Below are positions 49,834 through 62,485 of a stretch of 64,000 nucleotides of DNA, in pieces. A program made the translations under genes and the position numbers. The notes beneath the pieces are model-generated. The model worked only from the letters and a program-made list of their open reading frames with translations. It ran no database searches and was not told where the DNA came from. Source of the DNA: Phyllobates terribilis (lineage: Eukaryota); NCBI RefSeq assembly GCF_046119375.1, contig NW_027362761.1, positions 1,194,802,001 to 1,194,866,000 of the forward strand. Direction: 5' to 3'. Numbering within the stretch: the first letter of the stretch is position 1; each line of letters begins with the position of its first letter.

Positions 49834-51444
49834 CAGTACAAACCAAAAGTTTGGACACACCTTCTCATTTAAAGATTTTTCTGTATTTTCATGACTATGA
49901 AAATTGTACATTCACACTGAAGTCATCAGAACGATGAATTAACACATGTGGAATTATATACTTAACAAAAAAATGTTAAACAACTGAAAATATGTCTTAT
50001 ATTCTAGGTTCTTCAAAGTAGCCACCTTTTGCTTTGATGACTGCTTTGCACACTCTTGGCATTCTCTTGATGAGCTTCAAGACGTAGTCACCGGAAATGG
50101 TCTCCAACAATCTTGAAGGAGTTCCCAGAGATGCTTAGCACTTGTTGGCCCTTTTGCCTTCACTCTGCGGTCCAGCTTACCCCAAACCATCTTGATTGGG
50201 TTCAGGTCTGAAGACTGTGGAGGCCAGGTCATCCGGCGTAGCACCTCATCACTCTCCTTCTTGGTCAAATAGCCCTTACACAGCCTGGAGGTGTGTTTGG
50301 GGTCATTGTCCTGTTGAAAAATAAATGGTGGTCCAACTAAACGCAAAATGGATGGAATAGCATGCCGCTGCAACATGCTGTGGTAGCCATGCTGGTTCAG
50401 TATGCCTTCAATTTTGAATAAATTCCCAAGAGTGTCACCAGAAAAGCACTCCCACACATCACACCTCCTCCTCCATGCTTCACGGTGGGAACCAGGCATG
50501 TATAGTCCATCCGTTCACCTTTTCTGCGTCGCACAAAGGCACGGTGGTTGGAACCAAAGATCTCAAATTTGGACTCATCAGACCAAAGCCCAGATTTCCA
50601 CTGGTATAATGTCCATTCCTTGTGTTCTTTAGCCCAAACAAGTCTCTTCTGCTTGTTGCCTGTCCTTAGCAGTTTCCTAGCAGCTACTTTACCATGAAGG
50701 CCTGCTGCATAAAGTCTCCTCTTAACAGTTGTTATAGAGATGTGTCTGCTGCTAGAACTCTGTGTGGCATTGACCTGGTCTCTAATCTGAGCTGCTGTTA
50801 ACCTGCGATTTCTGAGGCTGGTGACTCGGATAAACTTATCCTCAGAAGCAGAGGTGACTCTTGGTCTTCCTTTCCTGGGGCGGTCCTCATGTGAGCCAGT
50901 TTCTTTGTAGCGCTTGATCGTTTTTGCAACTGCACTTGGGGACACTTTCAAAGTTTGCCCAATTTTTCGGACTGACTGACCTTCATTTCTTAAAGTAATG
51001 ATGGGCACTCGTTTTTCTTTACTTAGCTTCTTTTTTCTTGCCATAATACAAATTCTAACAGTCTATTCAGTAGGACTATCAGCTGTGTATCCACCTGCCT
51101 TCTGCACAACACAACTGTTGGTCCCAACCCCATTTATAAGGCAAGAAATCCCTCTTATTAATCCTGACAGGGCACACCTGTAAAGTGAAGACCATTTCCG
51201 GTGACTACCTCTTGAAGCCCAAGAGTGTGCAAAGCAGTCATCAAAGCAAAAGGTGGCTACTTTGAAGAACCTAGAATATAAGACATATTTTAAGTTGTTT
51301 CACACTTTTTTGTTAAGTATATAATTCCACATGTGTTAATTCATAGTTTTGATGCCTTCAGTGTGAATGTACGATTTTCATGGTTATGAAAATACAGAAA
51401 AATCTTTAAATGAGAAGGTGTGTCCAAACTTTTGGTCTGTACTG
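49834..51444 (-). mobile_element. Tc1 DD38E (Intruder-type) transposon in a (TA)n tract
   Basis: CAGTACAAACCAAAAGTTTGGACACAC / GTGTCCAAACTTTTGGTCTGTACTG. Long TIRs (~250 bp). TA runs on both sides. Confidence 0.92.
49997..51044 (-). pseudogene. DD38E transposase, frameshifted, catalytic Glu changed to Lys
   Basis: MARKKKLSKE..GRPRVT; WSDESKFE; TVKHGGG; QQDNDPKH...WPPQSSDLNPIK. I count 38 residues between the second Asp and the E position, which reads AAG. Confidence 0.88.
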
Positions 51445-52514
51445 TATATATATATATATAAAAAAAAAAACCACATACACATATTTGGTATCGCCGCGTT
51501 CAGAATCGCCCGATCTATCAATATAAAAGAAGAATTAATACAATCAGTAAACGGCGTAACGAGAAAAAAATTTTAAACGCCAGAATTAAGTTTTTTGGTC
51601 GCTACAACTTTGCAATAAAATGCAATAATGGACGATCAAAACATCGGATCTACCCCAAAATGGTATCACTAAAAACGTCAGCCCAGAACGCAAAAAATAA
51701 GCCCTCACCTGGCCCCAGATCCCGAAAAATGGAGAAGCTAAGGGTCTCGGAAAATGGCGTCATTTTTTTTGTTTTTTTTAGCAAGCTTTGGATTTTTTTT
51801 TCACCACTTAAATAAAAAAGAACCTATACATGTTTGGTGTCTATGAACTCGTAACGACCTGGAAAATAATGATGGCAGGTCAGTTTTAGCAATCTGTGAA
51901 CGTGGTAAAAAAAGGACCCAAAAAACAACTGTGGAATTGCATTTTTTTTGCAGTTTCACTGCACTTGGAATTTTTTTCCCATTTTACAGCACACGATATG
52001 GTAAAACCAGTGATGGTGTTTAAAAGTACAACTCGTCCCGCAAAAAATAAGCACTCACATTGCCATATTGAACGAAAATTAAAAAAGTTCTGGCTCTGGG
52101 AAGAAGGGGAGCAAAAAAGGAAAACACAAAAACAGAAAGACCCATGGTAGTTAAGGGGTTAACATATTTCACAGGACAGCACTTTCACTTTTGTTTTTGA
52201 ACGTTTTATTGTGAGCCTGTAAAAGTGGCTTAATACCTCTGACCACGTTGTTGACAGCAGTGACCTGGGGGTCAGAAATGCTTCCAGGGGCGATCCCCAT
52301 GCTGTCCCCATGTCATTTGAGCACTGTCACTATCGTTTTGGGCACTTTTTAGGCTTTCTACAGACTGCCGGGGGAGCCGCCGCAAAAATGTTCGGGTCTC
52401 CCATAGACTAACATTGGGCTCGTTGCTCGGGTCGAGCACCCGAGTATCACAGTGAGCTTGGCCCGAGCTTCGAGCACCCGAGCATTTTAGTGCTCGCTCA
52501 ACACTACTCATTAC

Positions 52515-55349
52515 AAAATCATGCGGCAGAGAGTTCCATAGTCTCACTGCTCTTACAGTAAAGAATCCCCGTCTGTGATTATGATTAAACCTTCTTTCCT
52601 CCAGACATAGAAGATGCCCCCTTGTCCCCGTCTCAGGCCTCAGAGTAACAAGATCAGTAGAAAGGTCTTTGTACTGTCTCCTCATATACTTGTACATAGT
52701 AATAAGATCACCCCTAAGCCTTCTTTTTTCCACAGTAAATAACCCCAAGTGTAATAACCTGTCTTGGTATTGCAGACCCCCCAGTCCTCTAATAACCTTG
52801 GTCGCTCTTCTCTGCACCCGCTCTAGTTCAGCTATGTCTTTCTTATACACCGGAGACCAGAACTGTACACAGTATTCTAAGTGTGGTCGCACTAATGACT
52901 TGTATAGAGGTAAAATTATGTTCTCCTCATGAGCATCTATGCCTCTTTTAATGCATCCCATTATTTTATTTGCCTTTGCAGTCCTGCCTGACACTGGCCA
53001 CTAAATGTGAGCTTGTCGTCCACCAATACACCCAGGTCTTTTTCAGTTACAGTTTTGCCCAGTCTTTTACAATTAAGCATATAATTATACATTTTATTTC
53101 CTCTGCCCAAGTGCATTACCTTACATTTATCCCCATTAAAGCTCATTTGCCATTTATCAACCCAAGCTTCTAGTTTATATAGATCCTCCTGTAATATAAA
53201 ATTGTCCTCCTCTGTATTGATTACCCTGCAGAGTTTAGTGTCATCTGCAAATATTGAAATATTACTCTGTCTGCCCCCTACAAGGTCATTAATAAATATG
53301 TTAAAAAGAAGGGGGCCCAATACTGACCCCTGTGGTACCCCACTGTTAACTGAGACCCAGTCTGAGTGTTTTCCATTAATAACCACCCTTTGTTTCCTAT
53401 CACTGAGCCAATTCTTAACCCACATACATATATTTTCCCCTATCCCCAATGTTCTCATTTTATGTATCAACCTTTTGTATGGAACCGTATCAAAAGCTTT
53501 TGAAAAGTCCATATACACAACATCCACTGCATTTCCTTGGTCCAGTCCAGAACTTGCCTCCTCATAAAAACTGATCAGATTAGTTTGACAGGAACGGTCC
53601 CTCGTAAACCCATGTTGATATTGGGTCATGAGGTTATTCTTCTTCAGATACTCTATCATAGCATCTCTTAGGAAACCCTCCAGGATTTTACCCACAGTAG
53701 AGGTTAAGCTTACAAGCCTATGATTTCCAAGTTCAGTTTTTGTCCCCTTTTTGAATATTGGCACCACATTTGCTATATGCCAGTCCTGTGGTACAGACCC
53801 TGTTATTATGGAATCTTTAAAGATTAAAAATAATGGTCTATCTATGACATTACTTAATTCCTGCAGTACTCGCGGGTGTATCCCATCCGGGCCCGAGGAT
53901 TTATCAACTTTAGTGATTTTTAGACGCCGCCGTACTTCCTGCTGGGTTAAGCAAGTGACATTTACTGGAGAATTTTTGTTATCACTAATCATGTTTTCTG
54001 TCATGCGATTTTCTTGTGTAAATACGGTTGAAAAAAAATCATTTAGCATATTGGCTTTTTCCTCATCCTCATCCACCATTTCACCCAGACTATTTTTAAG
54101 GGGGACAACACTATAATTTTTTAGTTTTATACTATTTATGTAGTTAAAGAATATTTTGGGGTTATTTATACTTTCTCTGGCAATGATTCTCTCTGCCTCA
54201 ATCTTTGCTGCCTTGATTTGTTTTTTACATAATTTATTTAATTTTCTATATTTATTTAATGCCTCATCACTGCCTACTTGCTTTAGTTCTCTAAATGCTT
54301 TCTTTTTGTCACTTATTGAGCCCCTTACAGCTCTATTTAGCCATAGTGGTTTCCTCCTATTTATAGCATGTTTATTCCCAAGGGGTATACATTGTGCACA
54401 GGTCCTATTCGGGATGTTAATAAATGTCTCCCATTTGCTTTGTGTAGCTTTATGTCTCAGGATAGCGTCCCAGTTTATTGCACTAAGATCATCTCTTAAC
54501 CGTTGGAAATTTGCTTTCCTGAAGTTTAGTGTCCTTGTAACCCCTCTACTACACATCTTATTAAAGGTTACATGAAAACGTATTATTTTGTGATCACTAT
54601 TACCCAAGTGACCCCCAACTCGTATATTTGATATGCGGTCTTGCCTATTGGTTAATATTAGGTCTAGCAGTGCCCCCCTTCTTGTTGGGTCCTGAACCAG
54701 TTGTGAAAGGTAATTGTCTCTCATAGTAGTCAAAAACCTATTTCCTTTTCTTGAACTACATGTTTCTGTCCCCCAATGTATTTCAGGGTAGTTGAAGTCT
54801 CCCATAATAATGACTTCTCCTTGAGTCGCTGCTTTATCTATTTGCGTTCTGAGGATATTCTCCGCTACTTCCATTATTTTTGGAGACTTATAACAAACCC
54901 CTATCAGTAATTTATTATTTTTTCCCCCTCCCCTTATCTCCACCCACAGGGACTCTACATTTTCATTAGATTCACATATATCCTCCCGCAAGACAGGTTT
55001 TAAGGATGATTTTACATATAAACACCCCCCCCCCTCACTTGTTTGTACGGTCATTTCTGAACAGACTATAGCCCTGTAAATTAACTGCCCAGTCATGGCT
55101 CTCGTTCAGCCACGTCTCAGATATCCCTACCATGTCATAATTATTTTCCAACAAAATTAATTCTAATTCCTCCATTTTGTTGCTGAGGCTTCTGGCATTA
55201 GTGTACATGCATTTTATGTATCTCTCTGTACCTCTATTCCTTCTTACTTTATTGACTGTTCTAACCCCACCCCCAATTTCTTTATTTGTGCCCAGGTCAC
55301 TATCTGCACTATCTTCCCCACCTATAAAATGGATACCCCCCCCCCCCAA
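52515..55349 (-). pseudogene. CR1 ORF2 (APE endonuclease and reverse transcriptase), two frameshifts
   Basis: YTNARSL..GISETW, MGDFNYP, LLDLILT, SDHKII (APE). QHGF, DFSKAFD, GVPQGSVLGPLLF, FADDTKL (RT). Frameshifts at the C run ~55024-33 and at ~52985. Confidence 0.93.
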
Positions 55350-55352
55350 TCC

Positions 55353-55572
55353 CTAGTTTAAACACTCCTCCAACCTTCTAGCCATTTTCTCCCACAGCAC
55401 AGCTGCACCCTCCCCAATAAGGTGCAGCCGGTCCCTAGCGTAGAGTCTGTAGCCAACTGAGAAGTCGGCCCAGTTCACCAGGAACCCAAATCCCTCCTTC
55501 CTACACCAGTTCTTGAGCCACTTATTTATCTCCCTAATCTCCCATTGCCTCTCTGGCGTGGCACGCGGTACC

Positions 55573-55605
<33 letters not shown>

Positions 55606-56336
55606 CTTGCATTCAGCTTGCAGCCTAATTCCCTGAAATCATCTTTAAGGACCTTCCACCTACCTCTAACTTTGTCATTTGTGCCAATGTGCACCATGAC
55701 CGCTGGGTCCTCACCAGCCCCTCCCAGTAATCTGTCAACCAGATCAGCGATGTGCCGGACTCGAGCGCTAGGTAGGCAGCACATTGTTCGACGATTCCTG
55801 TCTTTGTGACAGATTGCCCTATCTTTTCCCCTAATAATTGAGTCCCCCACTACTAGCACCAGCCTGGCCTGCCCTACTCTCCTATTTCCCTCTTTACTGG
55901 AGCTGACACTCCTCCGGCTTTCAGGGGACATGCCTTGCTGCAGTAGTGCTACCCCTGTACCATCACTCCCCTCATCTGCCAACTTTGCAAACTTATTGGG
56001 GTGTGCCAGATCAGGACTAGCCTCCCTGGCACTCTTCCCTCTACCACCCCTTCTAACTGTCACCCAACTAGCGACCTCACTGTCCTGCAGCTCCCGACTA
56101 CCACCCTCCCCCACATCTACCCCAGTGAGCTGCTGCTCAGTGAGCAGCAGACTCCTTTCCATGTTGTCAATGGATCTCAGTGTTGCCAGGTGCTCATTTA
56201 GATCCAGTATCTGGGCTTCCAAACGCACAACGTGCACACATCTCGCGCAGCAGTAAGCAACCTCGACCGGCTGTTCAAGGAATACATACATATGGAAAGA
56301 TGTACACTGGATAGCATTGTCAATAATGGAGCTCAT
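55353..56336 (-). CDS. CR1 ORF1p with N-terminal Cys region, coiled coil and SGNH esterase domain (327 aa, open)
   Basis: VVGDSIIR, VHIGTND and RDRLHL SGNH-type blocks. Lies directly upstream of ORF2. Confidence 0.88.
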
Positions 56337-57050
56337 TTCCTAATAGGGATTGCAATATACAGAGTGTTAAGTAAAAAGAAAAGTAAAGAATTAATGAAAT
56401 GCAGTCAGCAATTCAGTCCAAAGTCCTCCCTTCCAAACTCCCTGAATATAAAGTCACTGAAAAACAAGTTACACACTTACTTTCGTTCGCACTTACGCTC
56501 GGACACACGCAGCTCGTGGGATGATAGGAGTCAGGGTGTTGTTAGATCTGCCTAGGGGGTCTCCACTCTCCCTTTCCCTAGTTGTTTGGCTTCCCCCCTT
56601 TTCCCATCATCGTACGCTGGGTCCTTCCCATACCTAGCATGACAATAAGGATGGAAATAGAAGGAAAATAAGCAAGTGGGAAAGTGTATTTAAATGTTTG
56701 GCTGTGTTTGGTTTGAACAGTCATTCTGTGCTGAAAGAGTCCCTTTAAGAGTAAGCAATGAGTTCGGGAAGCAAGGGGTGGAGAGAAAGTGGTTACATTT
56801 GCATGAAAAACTGTTCAATGATGCCTATGGGAGGTATGGATAAAAGAAACATGGGGATCTGGTTTAGATGTAGGTAGACTATGTACTTTCTAAGCCATAA
56901 TTTAAGAAAAAAAAATGTCTTGCCCTAAATTTTATATAGTGCATCTCTGAGAAGAGAAATGCAACTGAGAATACATTCTTATAACCCATGCCTTGGGCAT
57001 CTGAATTGCCAACCTTTCATTAGCTAGACTTTTTTCTGTGTTTTCTGTAG

Positions 57051-57195
57051 ATTTAAATGGAAAGTGCCATAAGCAAGTGCAGTCAGCCACCACTCCATAG
57101 AAGATGATTCAACAAGAGGCTGCCTTGTATCCCCATATCTTGGTCAAATTCTTCAGATTGCTGATGGTATTACGAGAGAAATCCCCATCTATCAG
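57051..57195 (+). other. Candidate (pseudo)exon, 145 nt
   Basis: Strong acceptor TTTTTCTGTGTTTTCTGTAG and donor CAG|GTACTT. Best frame FKWKVP*ASAVSHHSIEDDSTRGCLVSPYLGQILQIADGITREIPIYQ has TAA at 57070-72. Confidence 0.25.
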
Positions 57196-57790
57196 GTACT
57201 TCTGATATGTTGTAAAAATGGGAAATTCTCTTGAACATAAAGTGCTGTCCTACAGCCGAAACGGTTCAGAGACAAAATTTGGTGCTGAAAACGAATAAGA
57301 TGTTTAAAGGAGTTGTCAACTACTAGGACAACCCCCTTCTTGAACTAATTGTTTGGCCCTGATAAAATAAAAAAGTTTATACTCACCTCCTGTGCCGGCA
57401 CCATTCTCGAGGTGTCAGCACTCGCGATACTAGTGTAACAGGCCAGAGTATACCCCGAGTTCAGAATATACCCGGGGTTAAAGTGGCCTAGCTTTGATTA
57501 TCCCTTGGGTATATTATGGCCTAGGCCATATCATACCCTCTCATGGCAGATTATACCCCCTCGACATCTGCAGCGTTCAGTGATATACACAAGAATTACA
57601 TCTTAATTGGGGTTCAGGTTTGTCAGGTAAGTTATATGAGAAGTTAACTGACAAATCCTAAAGTTCTAAACATATAGACGTGGAACTCTAACATCTGAGT
57701 TATTACAAAAAACATGACACAAGATCAATCTTCATCATGTGATTAACAACACAAATACCTTCCCATTACGTGTAAGTTTTAAGTTATTAA

Positions 57791-58482
57791 CCCCTTTCTG
57801 TCCTTAGACGTATCCATACGTCCCTATGGCCTGGTACTTACCGAACTGGGACGTATGAATATGTCGAGGCAATTTTGCGTGCATAGAGGCTGTGTGCGTG
57901 CGATTGCCGCCAGGTGTCAGCTGATTCTGACAGCTGACGCCCGGCACTCAGTGCCAGGAGAGGTTCCCGCACCGCTTCAGGCACTTTAACCCCTAAATGC
58001 TACGATCGCTCTCATTTAGAGAGCAGGCCATATAGCTCCATCAGCCGAAAAATAAAAAAGTTATAGCTCTCAGAATAAAGCGATGCAAAAATAATTATTT
58101 TTTCTATAAAATAGTTTTTATTGTGTAAAAGTGCCAAAGAATAAAAAAAAACTATGTCAATTTGGTATTGCTGTAAGCATACAGAGCACAGGAAACATCT
58201 GAACATTTTACATAACATTTTGGATCACAATGAAAGCTCTGACTCAATCCACAAAAAAAGAAAGTCCCCACTCAGGTCCATCATCTGTTAAAGGAAATAT
58301 AGGGGGCTTCCACATTACTAGTAACGCAAAGGCTCTGGAAAAGCAAAATGGCATCTAAAATTTATCTAATTTACAAGGGCTCATAAAATAGAGGGGTATA
58401 TTGTACCCGGAGGGTAAAAAATTGCATCTAAAATCTATCATTTCATTTACAAGGGCTGATAAAAAAAGAAAAAAGAGGGGTA
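57791..58482. mobile_element. piggyBac-type non-autonomous element, left part
   Basis: TTAA|CCCCTTTCTGTCC at 57791. AAAAAAGTTATAGCTCTCAGAATAAAG-type interior related to 49282-52158. Interrupted by the Tc1 at 58483. Confidence 0.6.
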
Positions 58483-59894
58483 AAGTTGAAACCAGAAGTT
58501 TACATACACTATATAAAAAGAAAGACACATGCATGTTTTTCTCAATATCTGACATGAAATCAGAATAACCCTTTTCTGTTTTAGGTCATTTAGGATTACA
58601 ATATTTTTTAATATTTGCCTAATACCAGAATAATGAGAAAGAGAGAATGTTTTAAGCCATTTTTATTACTTACTGCAAAGTTAAAAGTTTACATACACTA
58701 AGATTACTATGCCATTAAACAATTCTGGACTGCCCATATGATGATGTCATGTGTTTGGAATCTTCTGATAGGTTTTTTGGCAACATCTGAGTTAATTAGA
58801 GATACACATGTGGATGTATTTTAATGCACACCTGAAATACACAGCTTCTTTGTGTAGCATCAAGGGAAAATCTAAAGAAATCAGCCAAGAATCAGGAAGG
58901 GAATTGTGGACTTTCACAAGTCTGGCTCATCCTTGGGTACAATTTCAAGATACCTGAAGGTGCCTCATTCATCTGCACAAACAATTATACGTAAGTACAA
59001 ACAAAATGGGACTGTCCAGCCATCATACCGCTCAGGAAGGAGACGGGTTCTGTGTCCCAGAGATGAACGTACTTTGGTCCGACATGTGCATATCAACACA
59101 AGGACAAAAGCAAAAGACCTTGTGAAGATGATGGTGGAAGCTGCTAAGATTGTGTCAATATCCACAGTGAAACGAGTACTGTATCAACATGGGCTGAAAT
59201 GCCACTCTGCCAGGAAGAAGCCAATACTCCAAAAGAAACATAAAAAAGCCATATTAATGTTTGCAAATGCACACAGGAACAAATTAATTTTTGGAGACAT
59301 GTCCTGTGGTCTGATGAAACTAAAATGTTACTTTTTGGGCATAATGACTATTGTTACATTTGGAGGAAAAAGGGAGAAGCGTGGAAGCTTAAGAACACCA
59401 TCCCAACTGTGAAACAAGGGGATGGCAGCATAATATTGTGGGGTTGTTTTGCTGCCGGAGGGACTGGTGCACTGCACAAAATAAATGGCATCATGAGAAA
59501 AGAAGATTATGTGACAATACTGAAGCAACATCTCAAGAAATCAGCCAGAAAGTTAAAGCTTGGGTGGAAATAGGTCTTCTAAATGGACAATGACCCGAAA
59601 CATACTGCCAAAATGGTTACAAAGTGGCTTAAGGATAACAAAGTCAAAGTTTTGGAGTGGCCATCACAAAGCCCTGATCTCAATCATATTGAAAATTTAT
59701 GGGCAAAGCTAAAAAGGCAGGTGCGAGCAAGGCGACCTACAAACCTGGATCATTTATACAAGTTTTTTCAGGAGTAATGGGCCCAAATACTGACCAACTA
59801 TTGTAAGAAGCTTGTGGAAGGATATCCCAAACATGTGACATAAGTCATTCAGTTTAAGGGCAATGGTTCCAAATACTAATGAAATGTATGTAAA
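58483..59894 (+). mobile_element. Sleeping Beauty-like Tc1 (DD34E), decayed; right TIR cut by a hAT insertion
   Basis: TA|AAGTTGAAACCAGAAGTTTACATACACT resembles the SB-type TIR. Transposase 58862-59879 ([50 protein letters not shown]) has stops and frameshifts. Confidence 0.88.
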
Positions 59895-60677
59895 TAGTGA
59901 TGAGCAAGCACTAAAATGCTCGGGTACTCGTTGCTCAGGTCAAGCAAATTGGAATGCTCGAGTGCTTGGTCCGAGTAATGAGCCCGATGTAAGTCTGTGG
60001 GAAACTCAAGCATTTTTCCGGTCGGTTATCCAGTTATAGGGTATGCACTGAGACCAACGGCTGCCAAAATTTAGGAAAAACCCTACTAACAATTGAAAGA
60101 CACTTGGAGCAGGGCTACAGTAATGAGTGTGATTTTTTCCCATTAAAAATGAGTGGGTCTGTTTGCCTATGGAGTGAATGCAACAGCTGCCAAAAACGTG
60201 GAGGAATTCCAGTGTCCCTTGCAAGAGACGTAAAGGTCGGAGGGCCTCCTGAAAAGAATGTTCCCATTATGAGGAAGTGGGTCTCCCCTACTGTTTGCCT
60301 ATGCAGTGAATGCAACGGCTGTCAAAAATTTGGAGGAATTCCAATGCCCCTTGCAAAAGACGTAGAGGTTGGAGGGCCTCCTGAAAACAAGGTTCCCTTT
60401 ATTAGAAGGTGGGTCTCCCACACTGTTTGCCTATGCAGTGAATGCAACGGCTGCCAAAAATTTGGAGGAACTCCAATGCCCCTTGGAAGAGACATAGAGG
60501 TTGGAGGGCCTCCTGAAAACAATGTTCCCATTATTAGGATATGGAGGATGAGGATGAGGAGAAGGAGGAGTACAAGAGCAAATAGACAAAATCAGCAAGT
60601 GTATACTCATGTCTGGGTGTGAAGACAGAGGAGCATGGGAATAGAGTTAGATATCCCAAAAAAAACTCTATTTGAGA

Positions 60678-62485
60678 TTATGTTATGCTGCTATCATTTG
60701 GTGGTGTTGAGAAAACTAACCCAATCCAGCCCTTGATCATTTTTATAAGAGTCAGCCTGCAAGCATTTTCAGTAGACAGGCGGGTGCGCCTATTGGTTAT
60801 AATTCCACCCGCGGCACTAAAAATCCGATCTGACAAAACGCTAGAGGCAGCGCAGGCCAGAACCTCAAAGGCATAAAGAGCCAGTTCATGCCACGTGTCC
60901 AGCTTGGATACTCAATAATTCTAAGGCACAGAGGCGTCACGGAGGACGTTGGTACGGTCGACAAGGTACTCCCTCAGCATCTTATGAAACTTTTCCATTC
61001 TTGGGAGACTACCCCGCGCCTCAGGGCCTGTGCTATGAGAGGGTCTGGGAAAACTGTCCCAGAACTTTGACAGTGTTCCCCTGCCTCTGCTGGATTGCAT
61101 TTGTGTATCTCTCACCTGTAGTCCTTGGTTGTCCAACGAACTGTGACCTCTGCCGCCAGCGTTTTCAGATGGGAATTTTTTAAATAATTCCACAACAAGG
61201 GCCTTCTCATACTGCACCATTTTATTAGGCCTGTCCTGCACGGGAATAAGAGACAGAATGTTCTCCTTGTAGCATGAGTCTAGAAGTGTCACCAACCAGT
61301 ACAGACAGTCACCCAAATTTTGGACAACGCGAGGGTCAGCGTAACATAAACTCAGCCATGTGTGCCAGACTGCAAAGAGGTAAGAATTCCGTGTCCTCAC
61401 CAAGAGGACGACTGACTAGGCTCTCCTCACTCTTCTCTTCCTCCTCTTCCTCCTCCTCCCTGTCCTCAGGCCATCCATGCTGAACAAATGGTATGACAGT
61501 TGTGTAGGTAGTACTGTCTATAGAGCAGGAAACTAGCTCCGGTTCTTCCTCCTCCTCCTCCTCTTCCTCATTGTCACCCAATCCACTTCGGGATGACATG
61601 AGGCTGGGCCATGTGGAATCATCCTGTATGATTCCTTGCTCCATCTCATCGTGCTCCGCCTGCAATGCATCCTCTTTAATTGTGAGCAGAGAGCATTTCA
61701 GAAGACAGAGAAGCGGAATGGTGATGCTAATAATGGCATCATCGCTGCTCACAATCTTTATGGAGTCCTCAAAGTTTTGGAGGATGGTACATATGTCTGA
61801 CATCCATGTGCACTCCTGAGGTCTTATGTGTGGAGCCTGAACTGAATACCAATGGCCTTGTTGATGCTGTTATTCAACAACTGCCATCTTCTGCTCACAA
61901 ATCCTTCCCAACATCTCCAATGTAGAGTTCCACTGTGTGGGGATATTGCAGATCAGTCAGTGAGCTGGAAGCTGCAAGCGCTGCTGAGGCACGTTAAGGG
62001 CGGCGGAAGCTGTAGCTAATCATCTAAAATGGGCACACAGGTGGCGTACCTTGACAAGCAGATCCTGCAGCTCCGGGTAGGTTTTGAGAAACCGCTGAAC
62101 CACGAGGTTAAGCACATGGGCCAGGCATGGTACGTGTGTGAGCTCGCCATTGTCACACATGACCTTGCCTGGCTGTGGGGTCAGCGGTGTAAGCCACAGA
62201 TCTGCCTGCTCTTTCAGAGCTGTCCACAACTTTTCAGCGGTGTGCGGTTTGTCACCTAAACATATTAGCTTCAGCACAGCCTGTTGCTGCTTGGCTGAGG
62301 CAGTGCTGCAGTGCTTTCAGCTTGCAACTGATGTGGTCATTTTGGAGATGGAGTCTAAAGAGGAGGAGGAGGTGCAGAAGCTGTAGAATGTGGGGGTAAC
62401 CCTGATTGACCAAGGGCCCGCAATCCTCGACGTTGGGAGGATGTATTCTGTAGCAAGGTTTGAATGGGTCCCGGCTTCCACTATG
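60678..62485 (-). pseudogene. hAT transposase C-terminal two thirds, disrupted
   Basis: IVEAGT, KLICLGDKPHTAE, MCDNGELTHVPCLAHVLNLVVQRF, MSDICTIL, WLVTLLDSCYKEN, SDRIFSAAGGII (E>D). Cut by an LTR at 62486. Confidence 0.9.

Larger units (their letters stand above)
49282..52158. mobile_element. Non-autonomous piggyBac-type element (TTAA, CCC ends) carrying a Tc1
   Basis: TTAA|CCCTTTTCCGACC at 49282 and GGTAGTTAAGGGG|TTAA ending 52158. TIRs imperfect; no coding. Interior resembles 57791-58482. Confidence 0.7.
41071..52506 (+). mobile_element. Large hAT transposon (11436 bp including later insertions)
   Basis: Perfect 12-bp TIR TAGTGTTGAGCG / CGCTCAACACTA. Perfect 8-bp TSD CTCATTAC at 41063-70 and 52507-14. 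CTCG/CGAG subterminal repeats. Confidence 0.95.
40788..56515 (-). mobile_element. Apparently full-length CR1 LINE split by the large hAT
   Basis: 3' tail (TTACTATG)n, read on plus as TAACATAGTAACATAG at 40788. ORF2 C-terminus continues across the insertion (LPHDFVM|SDSLLKFKKCMDAFLEKY..*, stop 40987-89). ORF1 and a short 5' UTR reach ~56515. Confidence 0.92.
40350..56644 (+). mobile_element. Chromovirus-family solo LTR (40350-40787 plus ~56516-56644) split by CR1
   Basis: TGTCATGGGTG...TAGCATGACA. Perfect 5-bp TSD ATAAG at 40345-49 and 56645-49. Both halves align in order to the reverse complement of LTR 18569-19139. Confidence 0.85.
40187..56744. mobile_element. Kolobok/T2-type MITE (~258 bp: 40187-40349 plus 56650-56744) split by a 16.3 kb nest
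   Basis: TTAA|AGGGACACTGTCAGCTCAGAATGG at left and CATTCTGTGCTGAAAGAGTCCCT|TTAA at right. TTAA at 40183-86 and 56745-48. Confidence 0.8.
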
